Source: Candidatus Acidiferrales bacterium (GTDB taxonomy: Bacteria > Acidobacteriota > Terriglobia > Acidiferrales > DATBWB01). Taken from it: DNA of 64,000 nt. The DNA lies in assembly GCA_036514995.1 (NCBI GenBank), contig DATBWB010000062.1:3550-67549 (forward strand), in the 5' to 3' direction. This document shows positions 36,788 to 46,629 of this stretch, piece by piece (within the stretch, counting starts at the first letter, position 1; every line of letters begins with the position of its first letter). Below the pieces are notes generated by a model. The model was not told the DNA's origin. It saw only the letters and a program-made list of their open reading frames with translations, and ran no database searches. The position numbers and the translations under genes were made by a program.

Positions 36788-36962
36788 GGCACTGCCTCAC
36801 ATGGTCGAGATTCAAAAACTGCCAGGCAAGAGTAGCAAACTCGGACGCTGATTGACTATGCGGTCGTTCCTCCCAGGGCTGCTCGTCTCCGGCAATGAGG
36901 CCAGAGGCGCATAAAGGTGTCCGGGAGGCCGTTGGCGAGCGACCAGTGGCCAGGGCCGGCGA

Positions 36963-37207
36963 CCCTTCGGCTGCGCTGCTCAGGGCAAGGCAGTGCCCAG
37001 CGACCGGCGGCCCGTGACCAGTGCCGGCAAAAGGGCCGGAGCGAAGAGGAGTCCGAACAAGCAGATCCTTCGCTCCGCTCAGGATGACAGCTTGGGTGGA
37101 AGATGGCGCTCATGTTCGATTGACCCGGCGGCAATGCCAAGAGGGGCGGCACTTTGCCCGCTTTGGGGCTTATGCTAAGATGCGCTCGCTTCGCGCAGGA
37201 ATGATCC
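36963..37207 (+). repeat. Three degenerate copies of a CTTCGCTCCGCTCAGGATGA-type intergenic repeat
   Basis: 36963-36990 CCCTTCGGCTGCGCTGCTCAGGGCAAGG; 37064-37090 GATCCTTCGCTCCGCTCAGGATGACAG; 37181-37207 TGCGCTCGCTTCGCGCAGGAATGATCC. All lie in the 450-bp lpxD/murJ divergent spacer. Confidence 0.7.
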
Positions 37208-37237
37208 CGCCACGGCGGGACTGAGGCGGAAGGCGAT

Positions 37238-38839
37238 TTGACGGAAAAAAGACAGATCCTCAGGTCCGCTGGCGTCATCACCTTCATCACCATCATCAGT
37301 CGCATTCTCGGCTACATCCGGGAGCAGCGCATCGCCTTTGTCCTGGGAACCACACTGTCGGCGGACTCCTACTATCTCGCCTACGGCATCCCCAACCTTT
37401 TCCGGCGGTTGGTGGGCGAGGGATCGCTGACCGCTTCGTTCATTCCCATCTTCACTCAGTACCTCACCGCAAAGTCAAAAAAGGAGGTCTGGGAGTTTGC
37501 CAACCGTCTCTTTTGGACGCTGGCGATGGTGTTGGCGGTGATGACGGCCCTCGGGATTGTCTTTTCGCCCTATCTGGTGCGGGTGCTGACGATGTTTTCG
37601 GCAACGACAACAGAGTGGGAACTGGCCGTCCATCTGAATCGAATCATCTTCCCCTATCTGTTTTTCATCGGGTTGGCGGCGTTGTCCATGGCCATCCTGA
37701 ATAGCTTTCACGTGTTCGGCTTACCCGCCGCCACGCCCATTCTGCTCAATCTGGCGATCATCGCCGCTTCGTTCCCTTTCTTTCTCCGGTACTTCCCTGA
37801 GCCGGGAGTGGCCCTGTCGCTCGGAGTCTTGCTTGGCGGAGCCCTTCAGTTTCTGATTCAGATGCCGCAACTGCGCGAGCGGGGAATGACCTTCGATTTC
37901 GGCGTGTCTTTTTCTCATCCCGGGATTCGAGCGGTGGGCAAGCTGATGGTTCCGGGGTTCTTCGGTATCGGGGTGTATCAAATCAATTTTCTCGTGGACA
38001 GGGTTTTTGCGACGGCGGCGAAGATGCCGGAGGGTAGCCTGGCATCGTTGAACTTTGCCGACCGGGTAACGGAGTTAGTCCTGGGGGGTTATGCGATTGC
38101 CGTGGCTACCGCGATTCTGCCGATCATGTCGCGGCAAGCGGCGGAGCGAGACGTCACCGGGCTGAAGCATACGCTGGCTTTCAGCCTGAGGATTGTCTCC
38201 TTCATCACCATTCCCGCCACGGTAGGGATGATGGTTCTGGCGCGACCGATTATCGAGGTGCTCTTCCAGCACGGGCGATTCACTGCGGAATCCACCGCGC
38301 TTACTTCCTGGGCGCTCTTTTTTTACGCCACTGGGCTCCCGGCATTCGCCGCTGTAAAGTTGGTGGTGCCGGCGTTCTATTCGACCAAGGACACAAAGAC
38401 GCCGGTTGCGGTTGCAGCGTCAGCGGTGGTGGTCAATCTTCTGTTCAATGGGCTGTTCTACCGGCTGTTTTTTGACTTTTTCAGGAACGGTGGCCCGGCG
38501 TTCGCCACGGCTCTGGCGGCTTACTTCAATTGTTTGATCCTGCTATGGGTTTTTCGGCGGCGTTTCGGTGAATTTGCCGAGCGACCCATGCTGTCCTCGA
38601 TCGCCAAGATTGGGTTGTGCTCGGCGGCCATGGGGATCTTTTGCTGGGCGATGCTCCGGGTGTTACACTTTGAGCAATTTGTGAGGCTGTGGCACCGGAT
38701 CGGGATTTTTGTGTTTATTATCGGTGCTGCGACCGGCTTTTACCTGGCCCTGGCGTGGATGCTCCGCTGTGAAGAGCTGCATGATGTTTACGGTATTGCT
38801 TTGAGGCGGGACGCGGCCGGGCGGGGCATGGAGAGCTAG
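37238..38839 (+). CDS. murJ: Lipid II flippase MurJ (MviN)
   Basis: N-terminus ITFITIISRILGYIREQRIAFVLGT..ADSYYLAYGIPNLFRRLVGEGSLTASFIPIF is the MurJ signature. 533-aa polytopic protein with a TTG start. Confidence 0.92.
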   Translation: MTEKRQILRSAGVITFITIISRILGYIREQRIAFVLGTTLSADSYYLAYGIPNLFRRLVGEGSLTASFIPIFTQYLTAKSKKEVWEFANRLFWTLAMVLAVMTALGIVFSPYLVRVLTMFSATTTEWELAVHLNRIIFPYLFFIGLAALSMAILNSFHVFGLPAATPILLNLAIIAASFPFFLRYFPEPGVALSLGVLLGGALQFLIQMPQLRERGMTFDFGVSFSHPGIRAVGKLMVPGFFGIGVYQINFLVDRVFATAAKMPEGSLASLNFADRVTELVLGGYAIAVATAILPIMSRQAAERDVTGLKHTLAFSLRIVSFITIPATVGMMVLARPIIEVLFQHGRFTAESTALTSWALFFYATGLPAFAAVKLVVPAFYSTKDTKTPVAVAASAVVVNLLFNGLFYRLFFDFFRNGGPAFATALAAYFNCLILLWVFRRRFGEFAERPMLSSIAKIGLCSAAMGIFCWAMLRVLHFEQFVRLWHRIGIFVFIIGAATGFYLALAWMLRCEELHDVYGIALRRDAAGRGMES

Positions 38840-38932
38840 TAGCGTTCTTAAGGGAGTGTCGGGCCTTGAGCCCGACATATAGGCCGGGATGAATCCGGGC
38901 AGTCCCTGGGAAGCCAAGGGTAAAGACCCAAG

Positions 38933-39853
38933 GTGGAAGCACAAGTCCAATGGTTTCTTAATCATGCAAGGGTAGAGCGGGGGCTGGCGGAAAACAGCGT
39001 CCAGGCCTACCGGCGCGACCTGCTGAAATTTGCCCGCTACGCTCAAGAGCGCAAGTTGCCCTTCAAGAAGGTGACCCGCGGCGATGTCCTGGACTTTCTG
39101 GGCTGGCTCTACCAACAGAAGCTGGACTCGCGCTCGGTGGCGCGCCATTTGAGCGCGTTAAGAAACTTCTTCGGATTCTTGCGAAGGGAAGAGTATATCG
39201 CCGAGGATCCCACTCGCCATGTAGAATCACCGAAAACCTGGCGGACCCTGCCCAAGGCGTTGGCTATGGAAGAGGTGGAGAAACTCCTGGCGGCACCGAC
39301 GGAACGAACACCGCTGGGCTTACGCGACAAGGCGATGTTGGAGCTGCTCTATTCTACCGGGATGCGGGTGAGCGAATTGACGGGGATCAAGACCGCTGAC
39401 CTGCAAGCCGACATGGGTTATGTGCGTTGCCTGGGGAAGGGAGACAAAGAACGGCTAGTGCCTGTGGGGAAGGCGGCGCTTGCTGCGCTCGAGAGGTACT
39501 TGCGCCGGGGCCGGCCGAAGCTCCTGCGGCGTCGGATGGCGCCCGGTACAGGGCGCGAGAACCGGCAACGCGCGACCCCTTTTCTTTTCGTGAACCGCTT
39601 TGGCCGCAGGATAAGCCGCGTCGGATTGTGGAAAATTCTGGCAGCCCACGGACGGCGAGCGGGAATTCGCGGCCCGCTCGCGCCGCACAAGCTGCGGCAT
39701 AGTTTTGCGACCCATCTGCTCGAGCGCGGCGCGGACCTGCGGTCGGTGCAATTGATGCTCGGCCACGCCGACATTTCGACGACCCAAATTTATACGCACG
39801 TGATGAAAGACCGTCTCAAGGAAGTTTATCGGGCGCACCATCCGCGCGCCTGA
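38933..39853 (+). CDS. xerD: Site-specific tyrosine recombinase XerD/XerC
   Basis: N-terminal SAM-like domain (LAENSVQAYRRDL) and catalytic C-terminus HKLRHSFATHLLERGADLRSVQLMLGHADISTTQIYTHV. No flanking mobile-element genes. Confidence 0.88.
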   Translation: MEAQVQWFLNHARVERGLAENSVQAYRRDLLKFARYAQERKLPFKKVTRGDVLDFLGWLYQQKLDSRSVARHLSALRNFFGFLRREEYIAEDPTRHVESPKTWRTLPKALAMEEVEKLLAAPTERTPLGLRDKAMLELLYSTGMRVSELTGIKTADLQADMGYVRCLGKGDKERLVPVGKAALAALERYLRRGRPKLLRRRMAPGTGRENRQRATPFLFVNRFGRRISRVGLWKILAAHGRRAGIRGPLAPHKLRHSFATHLLERGADLRSVQLMLGHADISTTQIYTHVMKDRLKEVYRAHHPRA

Positions 39854-39972
39854 AGTTCATCTAGATGCGGAGACATGTTCATTGCCTGCCCGCCCGAGGA
39901 AGGATGGATCCCGAAGGATTCAACATGAGGGATTCCGGCCGCGGCGGGAAGGATTCACGCTGAAGGAGAGCA

Positions 39973-41631
39973 ATGCCGGATTACGTCTTTCTTTTGGAGA
40001 GCCGGCTCACGCCCGACCAGCGCCGGGTCGTCTCGCGCTTGCAGGGCCTTGCGCAACAGATGGAGGTCAACATCTATCTGGTTGGGGGGGCTATCCGCGA
40101 CTTGATTTGCGGCCAGCCGATCCGAGACCTGGATTTCGCGGTCGAGGGAAACGCGCTGCGCATTGTCAAGGAATTGGAGCCGGAAGAAACGGAGAGCGTG
40201 GAGATTGACGAGAATCTGCGCTCGGCTGAAGTTGTCTTTCGCAGCGGTGTTTTGGCCGAGATATCGTCAGCGCGCAGCGAGATATTTCCGCGGCCGGGCG
40301 ACAAGCCCGAAATTCGCCCCGGAAGCATCTTTGATGATTTGCGCCGGCGAGATTTCTCGGTGAATGCCATCGCCCTGTCGCTTAACCCGGCTTCGCGCGG
40401 GTTGCTGCTTGACCCGGCCAACGGCTTGGCTGACATCGAAAAGCGGGAAATCCGTACCCTGACGACCCACAGCTTTACCAATGACCCGTTGCGCATCCTG
40501 CGGATTATCCGGTTCAGTTCGCGATTGGGATTCAAGCCCGATGAGCGAACCAGCGGGTTGCTGGATATCGCCATCGAGAGGAAATTGTACGGGACGATTT
40601 CGGGAGCGGGACTGGGTCGCGAGATGAAAGAACTGGCCAGGGAGGCCAAGCCGATTGGTGTGCTGAAGAAGTGGGAGGAGCGCGGGGTCATCAGCGTGAT
40701 CCACCCGAACCTGGCGCGGCGGCATCCCGACTATTCCGGCTTGGCGCAACTCATCAAGATGCGCGACCTGCTTGCCGACTATGGCTGGCGGGGCAATCTT
40801 TTTGTGGCGGTCATGCACTACGTGCTCAGACGGCTCAAGGGACGCGAGCGTTCCACCGCGGTGGGCAACTTTGGGCTGCGGGCGGCCGAAGTCGCGGAGC
40901 TTTTCGATCTGGAAGGCGAGGCGCAGCGGGTGGCCAAGATGCTGCTGGGGCCAAAAACTTCGCAGTTGCGGCCCTGCTACCAATATCTCGAAACGGTTCC
41001 TATCGGCTTGTTAACCTTTGTCTTGTGCGAGTTTGGACAAGTCAAGGTTCAGAGCAAGATCCGAAACCACCTCTTGAAGCATCGATTGTTTCAGAGAGAG
41101 CTACCCGTCGTCGAGCTTGAGGGCTACGGCATTCCGCGCGGGCCAAGATTCGACCAGATTCTGAAGGAATTCTTTTTCCAGGCGCTCGAGACGAAGAAGC
41201 GAAGCAAGAACGAGCAAAGCAAATTGCTCCGCAAGATCGCCGGCGTGCCAGAGCCGAAGAAGGCACGGAAACGGCCGCCAAAAGAAAAGGAAAAGGCGAA
41301 GCTGAAAACGAGGGCGGTCGCTCAAAAGGCAGCCGGCGCCAAAGCCGCGCGTACCCTCGCCGCGCCATCGGCGCACATGCCTGTCCCTGGCAGTCCGGCA
41401 GGCGAGCCGCGGGCAAGGCCGGAAGCGGCACCCGCTACGCGAGCAGAGCCCAAGCCGAAGCCAGCCGCGCCCGTTCGGTCACCGACGAAGTCGGCCGCCC
41501 ACAAACCCAGAGCTCGGCGTCCCAGGGCACGGCCGAGATTGCCCGCCAAGAGTCTGGGATCCACGATTCGACATCGGGCGAAGCAGACAAGGCGGGGAAA
41601 ACAGAGGCAAGAATCCAAGAAGCGCCACTGA
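39973..41631 (+). CDS. CCA-adding enzyme / poly(A) polymerase family nucleotidyltransferase with a long basic C-terminal tail
   Basis: Head motif YLVGGAIRDLICGQPIRDLDFAV. The last roughly 147 aa are Lys/Arg/Pro/Ala-rich low complexity (KKARKRPPKEKEKAKLK...PRARRPRARPRLPAK). Confidence 0.8.
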   Translation: MPDYVFLLESRLTPDQRRVVSRLQGLAQQMEVNIYLVGGAIRDLICGQPIRDLDFAVEGNALRIVKELEPEETESVEIDENLRSAEVVFRSGVLAEISSARSEIFPRPGDKPEIRPGSIFDDLRRRDFSVNAIALSLNPASRGLLLDPANGLADIEKREIRTLTTHSFTNDPLRILRIIRFSSRLGFKPDERTSGLLDIAIERKLYGTISGAGLGREMKELAREAKPIGVLKKWEERGVISVIHPNLARRHPDYSGLAQLIKMRDLLADYGWRGNLFVAVMHYVLRRLKGRERSTAVGNFGLRAAEVAELFDLEGEAQRVAKMLLGPKTSQLRPCYQYLETVPIGLLTFVLCEFGQVKVQSKIRNHLLKHRLFQRELPVVELEGYGIPRGPRFDQILKEFFFQALETKKRSKNEQSKLLRKIAGVPEPKKARKRPPKEKEKAKLKTRAVAQKAAGAKAARTLAAPSAHMPVPGSPAGEPRARPEAAPATRAEPKPKPAAPVRSPTKSAAHKPRARRPRARPRLPAKSLGSTIRHRAKQTRRGKQRQESKKRH

Positions 41632-41832
41632 TCCTTACCCGCTTTTGCCGGGCGTTGCCATGGCTACGTGCTTTCTGTCCCCGTTGGAATCAGGCTTATC
41701 TTGGCCGAGGCTCGATGAAATCGGGCTGGCACGGGATTTCGCTTGCTGGCGAGCGACGGGCAACGGCGAAGGGAGCAGAGCGATGGAAGGGAAAAAGATG
41801 CCGGGTGGGTTTGGAATCATCCCCGGTAATTT

Positions 41833-41861
41833 TTGTCGCCTCAACTCGCTTCTGCTACAAT
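41833..41861 (+). promoter_or_regulatory. Sigma70-like promoter overlapping the first in-frame ATG of dnaE
   Basis: TTGTCG (41833-41838), 17 nt of spacer, then TACAAT (41856-41861). The predicted start site falls at about 41867-41869, on the ATG at 41869. Confidence 0.4.
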
Positions 41862-44800
41862 GACGGAAATGCGGCACTCGAATTTTGTTCATCTCCATCT
41901 TCACACCGATTACAGCCTTCTCGACGGCGCTTGCGAAATCTCGGCGCTGGTGGAACACGCCGTCCGGCTGAAGATGCCGGCGGTGGCGGTGACCGACCAC
42001 GGGAATCTTTTTGCCGCATCGCGCTTTTACCATGAGGCAGTCACCAAAGGGATCAAACCCATCATCGGGTGCGAGGTCTATGTTGCCAGGGCCTCACGGT
42101 TTGACCGCACGAGCAGCCAGGACGGCGAGCGGGCTCACCACCTTTTGATCCTTTGCGAATCGAACGAGGGCTATCGCAACCTGATCAAGCTCGTGTCGGC
42201 GGGCTTCCTCGAAGGGTTTTACTACAAGCCGCGCATCGACAAGGAGCTGCTGCGCCAGCACAGCCGCGGGTTGATTGCTACGTCGGGGTGCCTGCGCGGC
42301 GAAGTGGCTTCAGCGCTGGCCGAAGGCAATTACAAGGCGGCCAAAAGCGCTGCCTACGAGTTTCAGGAGATTTTCGGCAAAGGGAATTTCTATCTGGAAA
42401 TCCAAGACCAGGGGGTTGACACCGAGCAGCGGATCAATCCGGAGCTGGTCCGGCTGTCGCGCGAGACAGGGATTACGCTGGTGGCGACGAATGACTGCCA
42501 CTACCTCCACCGCGAAGACGCCCGGGCGCAGGACGTGCTGGTCTGTATCCAGACCGGCAAGACGCTCAGCGATCCCTCCCGCATGAAATTTGCTACCGAG
42601 GAGTTCTATTTCAAGACACGCGAAGAAATGATGAAGCCGTTCGGGGAAATTCCCGAAGTGCTCGACCGGACGGTCGAGGTTGCGGAGCGGTGTCACGTGA
42701 AGCTCGAACGAATCCGGAATCCCTTTCCGCACTTTGACGTGCCCGAGGGGCACTCGCCCGACAGCTATTTTGAAAAGATGGTGCGCGAGGGATTCGCCGC
42801 ACGGGTACCGCGGCTGGAGGCGGCGGCCCAGAAAGGCTTGCTGCGGCACAAGCTGGCCGAATACGAGGCACGCCTCAGCCGCGAAATCCAGATGATCCAG
42901 AAGATGCGCTTTGCCGGCTACTTTCTGATCGTGTCCGATTTCATTGCCTACGCCCGCACCCAGGAGATTCCGGTGGGGCCGGGACGAGGATCGGCGGCCG
43001 GGTCGCTGGCAAGCTATTCTCTCGGGATTACGAACATTGATCCGCTGCAATACGGTTTGCTGTTTGAGCGTTTTCTGAATCCGGAGCGGGTGTCGCTGCC
43101 GGATATTGACATTGATTTCTGCATGCGCCGGCGGGATGAGGTGATTCGCTACGTGCGGGAGAAATATGGCCGCGACAACGTAGCCCAGATCATCACGTTC
43201 GGAACCATGGCAGCCAAGGCAGTCATCAAGGACACGGCTCGAGTCATGGAAATGCCGTATGCCGAGGCGGACCGGCTGGCAAAAATGGTGCCAGCCGAGT
43301 TGAACATTACGCTTGACGATGCGCTGGCAAAGTCGCCGCCCTTGAAAGCGGCGCAGGAGCGGGAAGGCCGGGTCAAGGAGTTGATTGAGGTTGCCCGAAA
43401 ACTAGAGGGGCTTGTACGTCACGCATCGACGCACGCGGCCGGAGTTGTCATCTCCCCTGAGCCGCTGACCGAGATCGTTCCGCTCTACAAGACCAACCGC
43501 GAGGAAATTGTCACCCAGTATGACATGAACGAGCTGGAACGGCTGGGGCTGCTGAAGATGGACTTTCTGGCGTTGGCCACGCTCACCGTGCTGGACGACG
43601 CGGTGAAGCTCATTGAGGGCAACCGTGGCGTGAAGCTCGAGCTTGAGAATATTCCTTTGGATGACCCGGCAACCTACCGCCTGTTCGCCGAAGCAAACAC
43701 GAGCGGCATCTTCCAGTTTGAATCACCGGGGATGCGCGAAATCCTCCGCCGGTACGAGCCGCAACGCATTGAGGACCTGACAGCGCTGAACGCGCTTTAC
43801 CGCCCCGGGCCAATCCAGGGCGGGATGATTGACTACTTCATCCAGCGCAAACAGGGTGAAAAGAAGGTCGAATACGATTTGCCGGAGCTCGAAGACATAC
43901 TGGCGGAGACGTACGGGGTGATTGTCTATCAGGAACAAGTGATGCAAATTGCCAACCGGCTGGCGGGTTTTTCGTTGGGCGATGCGGATTTACTGCGCCG
44001 GGCGATGGGGAAAAAGAAGCCGGAGGAAATGGCGGCGCAACGCGAGAGGTTCCTGGCAGGCTGCCGGTCGCACAAGGTTCCGGAAAAGAAAGCTTCGAAG
44101 ATCTTTGACCTGATGGAACAATTTGCCGGATACGGCTTTGCCAAATCTCATTCGGCGGCGTATGCGCTGCTTGCCTACCAGACTGGCTATTTGAAGGTGC
44201 ACTATCCGGTCGAGTTCATGGCGGCGCTGCTTACCTCGGAAATGGGCAAGACGGAGAAGATCGTCAAGTACATCAACGAGTGCCGCGAGATGAACATTAC
44301 GGTATTGCCGCCGGACGTGAACAGTTCCTCCACAAACTTCACGCCGGCAGGGGAGGCGATTCGCTTCGGGCTGGCAGCCATCCGCAACGTGGGTGAGAAC
44401 ACGGTGGGCGGCATTTTGGAAGCGCGTCAGCGGTTGGGGAAATTCACGACTCTCTTCCAGTTCTGCGAAGAAATTGAGCTCCGGCTGCTGAACAAACGAG
44501 TACTCGAGAGTTTGGTGAAATCGGGAGCCCTAGATTCGCTCGGCGGCCACCGCGCGGAGCTATTTGCCGGACTTGATCGGGCTATCGAAAGAGCCCAGAA
44601 GAAGCAGCGAGACCGGCAAAGCGGCCAAGGGTCGTTTGGTCTTCTGGGCGACATCGAAAGGGAAATGGGCCAGTCGCGACCGGTGGGAATGCCCGAGGTC
44701 GATGAGTGGCCGGAACACAAACTTCTTGCCTACGAGAAGGAGACGCTGGGCTTCTACATTTCCGGCCATCCTCTGGCGAAATATGCCTCGCGGCTGGAGG

Positions 44801-45345
44801 AGCTGACGGTGAAGCGCGCGGAAAGCCTGGAAGAAGGGAACCACGGGGAAGAGGTGCGGTTGGCGGGTTTGGTCAGCGGCATTCGCATCATGCGCAGCAA
44901 GAAGGGTGACCGCTGGGCGATGGTCGAGCTGGAGGACATGACGGGAATCGTCGATCTACTGGTCTTCCCGGAAGCGTACAGCCGGCTCGAACATTTCATC
45001 AAGGCGGATGCGGCGCTGTTGATCAAAGGCAAGTTGAGCATCGAGGACGCGGGAACGAGGGTGATGGTTTCCGATGCCAAGCCGCTTGAAGATGCCGCCG
45101 AGCCAGCGCCGACCGTCATTCGCGTCCGGGTGGATCCTGACGCGCTGGGCATGGCCGGTGTGGATTTGCTGCGGGCTCTGTTTGCGCGCAAGCCGGGAAG
45201 TTGCCGGGTAGCTTTTGACCTGGAGGGCGACGGCTACCGGGCGACGATGGAGACGGGGAAGGAGTTGCGGGTCAACCCGGACCGGGAATTGGTCGAGCGG
45301 TTGCGCGAGATTTGCGGCAAGAATGCCGTCCACGTGATCCGGTAG
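41860..45345 (+). CDS. dnaE: DNA polymerase III alpha subunit
   Basis: PHP N-terminus FVHLHLHTDYSLLDGA, polymerase core and a C-terminal OB-fold, about 1160 aa. Start is the ATG at 41860 or 41869. Confidence 0.95.
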   Translation: MTEMRHSNFVHLHLHTDYSLLDGACEISALVEHAVRLKMPAVAVTDHGNLFAASRFYHEAVTKGIKPIIGCEVYVARASRFDRTSSQDGERAHHLLILCESNEGYRNLIKLVSAGFLEGFYYKPRIDKELLRQHSRGLIATSGCLRGEVASALAEGNYKAAKSAAYEFQEIFGKGNFYLEIQDQGVDTEQRINPELVRLSRETGITLVATNDCHYLHREDARAQDVLVCIQTGKTLSDPSRMKFATEEFYFKTREEMMKPFGEIPEVLDRTVEVAERCHVKLERIRNPFPHFDVPEGHSPDSYFEKMVREGFAARVPRLEAAAQKGLLRHKLAEYEARLSREIQMIQKMRFAGYFLIVSDFIAYARTQEIPVGPGRGSAAGSLASYSLGITNIDPLQYGLLFERFLNPERVSLPDIDIDFCMRRRDEVIRYVREKYGRDNVAQIITFGTMAAKAVIKDTARVMEMPYAEADRLAKMVPAELNITLDDALAKSPPLKAAQEREGRVKELIEVARKLEGLVRHASTHAAGVVISPEPLTEIVPLYKTNREEIVTQYDMNELERLGLLKMDFLALATLTVLDDAVKLIEGNRGVKLELENIPLDDPATYRLFAEANTSGIFQFESPGMREILRRYEPQRIEDLTALNALYRPGPIQGGMIDYFIQRKQGEKKVEYDLPELEDILAETYGVIVYQEQVMQIANRLAGFSLGDADLLRRAMGKKKPEEMAAQRERFLAGCRSHKVPEKKASKIFDLMEQFAGYGFAKSHSAAYALLAYQTGYLKVHYPVEFMAALLTSEMGKTEKIVKYINECREMNITVLPPDVNSSSTNFTPAGEAIRFGLAAIRNVGENTVGGILEARQRLGKFTTLFQFCEEIELRLLNKRVLESLVKSGALDSLGGHRAELFAGLDRAIERAQKKQRDRQSGQGSFGLLGDIEREMGQSRPVGMPEVDEWPEHKLLAYEKETLGFYISGHPLAKYASRLEELTVKRAESLEEGNHGEEVRLAGLVSGIRIMRSKKGDRWAMVELEDMTGIVDLLVFPEAYSRLEHFIKADAALLIKGKLSIEDAGTRVMVSDAKPLEDAAEPAPTVIRVRVDPDALGMAGVDLLRALFARKPGSCRVAFDLEGDGYRATMETGKELRVNPDRELVERLREICGKNAVHVIR

Positions 45346-45369
45346 CGTTTTGCAGGAGTGGGAAGAGAG

Positions 45370-46329
45370 ATGGCCGACCTCAAAGAGCGCGGGAACATTG
45401 AGAAGCTCGAGCAGGAGATGGAGGAGCTGGCGAGGCTCGCCGGGAAAGGATCGGGTACGAGCGAGGAGCTGGAGCGGCTGCGGCGGGAAGTGCAGGAGTT
45501 AAAGCGCGAGTTTTTTGCGCACCTCTCGGCGTGGCAACGCACGCAACTCGCTCGCCATCCGCATCGTCCCTACACGCTCGACTACGTGCAACGGCTTTTT
45601 ACCGATTTTAGCGAAGTCCACGGTGACCGGAGTTTTGCCGACGACGCAGCCATCGTCTGCGGCCTTGCCAAATTCCATGGGCGACCGGTCATGGTAGTTG
45701 GCCACCAGAAGGGCAGGGACACCAGACAGAAGCTGGCGCGGAACTTCGGGATGCCGAAGCCAGAAGGGTATCGCAAGGCGCTGCGAGCGATGCAAATGGC
45801 GGCCAAGTTCGACCGGGCAATCCTCTGCTTTGTGGATACCCCCGGCGCCTACCCGGGAATAGACGCCGAAGAACGGGGCCAGGCAGAAGCGATTGCGCGC
45901 AATTTGCGCGAAATTGTAAAACTGGCGGTGCCGATTGTGGTGAGTGTGACGGGTGAAGGGGGCTCGGGGGGGGCGCTGGCGATTGCCGTCGGCGACAAGG
46001 TAAACATGTCGGAGACCGCGATCTACTCGGTGATTTCACCGGAAGGATGCGCTTCGATCATGTGGCGCGATGCGGCCCGCGCCGAACTGGCTGCGGCGGC
46101 GTTGAAGTTGACGGCGGCCGACTTGCTGGCCATGCAACTGATCGATGAGATTGTCTCCGAGCCGGACGGAGGAGCCCATCGAGATCACGACCGGGCAGCG
46201 GCATTGCTCGATCCTGTCCTGCGGCGTTCGCTCGAGGAACTCGACCGGCTCGACAAGGATGAACTTTTGCGACGCCGCTACGAGAAATTCCGCCACCTGG
46301 GGCAGTTCTTCCGGTGGGAAGGCAGCTAG
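45370..46329 (+). CDS. accA: Acetyl-CoA carboxylase carboxyltransferase alpha subunit
   Basis: [26 protein letters not shown] and [21 protein letters not shown] motifs. Alternative GTG start at 45358. Confidence 0.93.
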   Translation: MADLKERGNIEKLEQEMEELARLAGKGSGTSEELERLRREVQELKREFFAHLSAWQRTQLARHPHRPYTLDYVQRLFTDFSEVHGDRSFADDAAIVCGLAKFHGRPVMVVGHQKGRDTRQKLARNFGMPKPEGYRKALRAMQMAAKFDRAILCFVDTPGAYPGIDAEERGQAEAIARNLREIVKLAVPIVVSVTGEGGSGGALAIAVGDKVNMSETAIYSVISPEGCASIMWRDAARAELAAAALKLTAADLLAMQLIDEIVSEPDGGAHRDHDRAAALLDPVLRRSLEELDRLDKDELLRRRYEKFRHLGQFFRWEGS

Positions 46330-46570
46330 TGACGTCCTGTCAAGCGTGTTGCTGGGCACGTTCGGCGGCGTGTATGGACTTTGAGTCTTGATGTCGAGCG
46401 AGGGCGAACCCTACTACGGCCGAGCAGCCACCGCGTGAAAACATCCTGGGACCGGCCGTTGGAAGACTTGCCATCGCGAACCGCGATCGCAATCAAGAGC
46501 CAAGCATGAGCTTTCTGCTCCCGCTAGGGAAATCTCATGCGTCGAAGGAGACTGTGGAGAGCGTCTGTAA

Positions 46571-46599
46571 TTGATTTGGGGACGGCTATCGGTTAGCAT
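46571..46599 (+). promoter_or_regulatory. Sigma70-like promoter upstream of korA
   Basis: TTGATT (46571-46576), 17 nt of spacer, then TAGCAT (46594-46599). A GGGGAGGA Shine-Dalgarno at 46617-46624 precedes the TTG start at 46630. Confidence 0.4.
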
Positions 46600-46629
46600 G
46601 GAATTTGGCGCAGGCTGGGGAGGAGTGAA

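Noticed and set aside
36856-37305. 149-aa minus-strand ORF, plus ORFs 36993..37178 and 37021..37224, in the lpxD/murJ spacer
   Set aside because: They are built from the CTTCGCTCCGCTCAGGATGA-type repeats (pseudo-peptides SFAPLRMT / LRSAQDDS). They have no start context and are treated as repeat-derived artefacts.
38868-38886. Hairpin GTCGGGC-CTTGA-GCCCGAC after murJ as an intrinsic terminator
   Set aside because: The stem is real, but it is not followed by a T-tract and xerD starts about 45 nt later. It may be a structural element but cannot be called a terminator.
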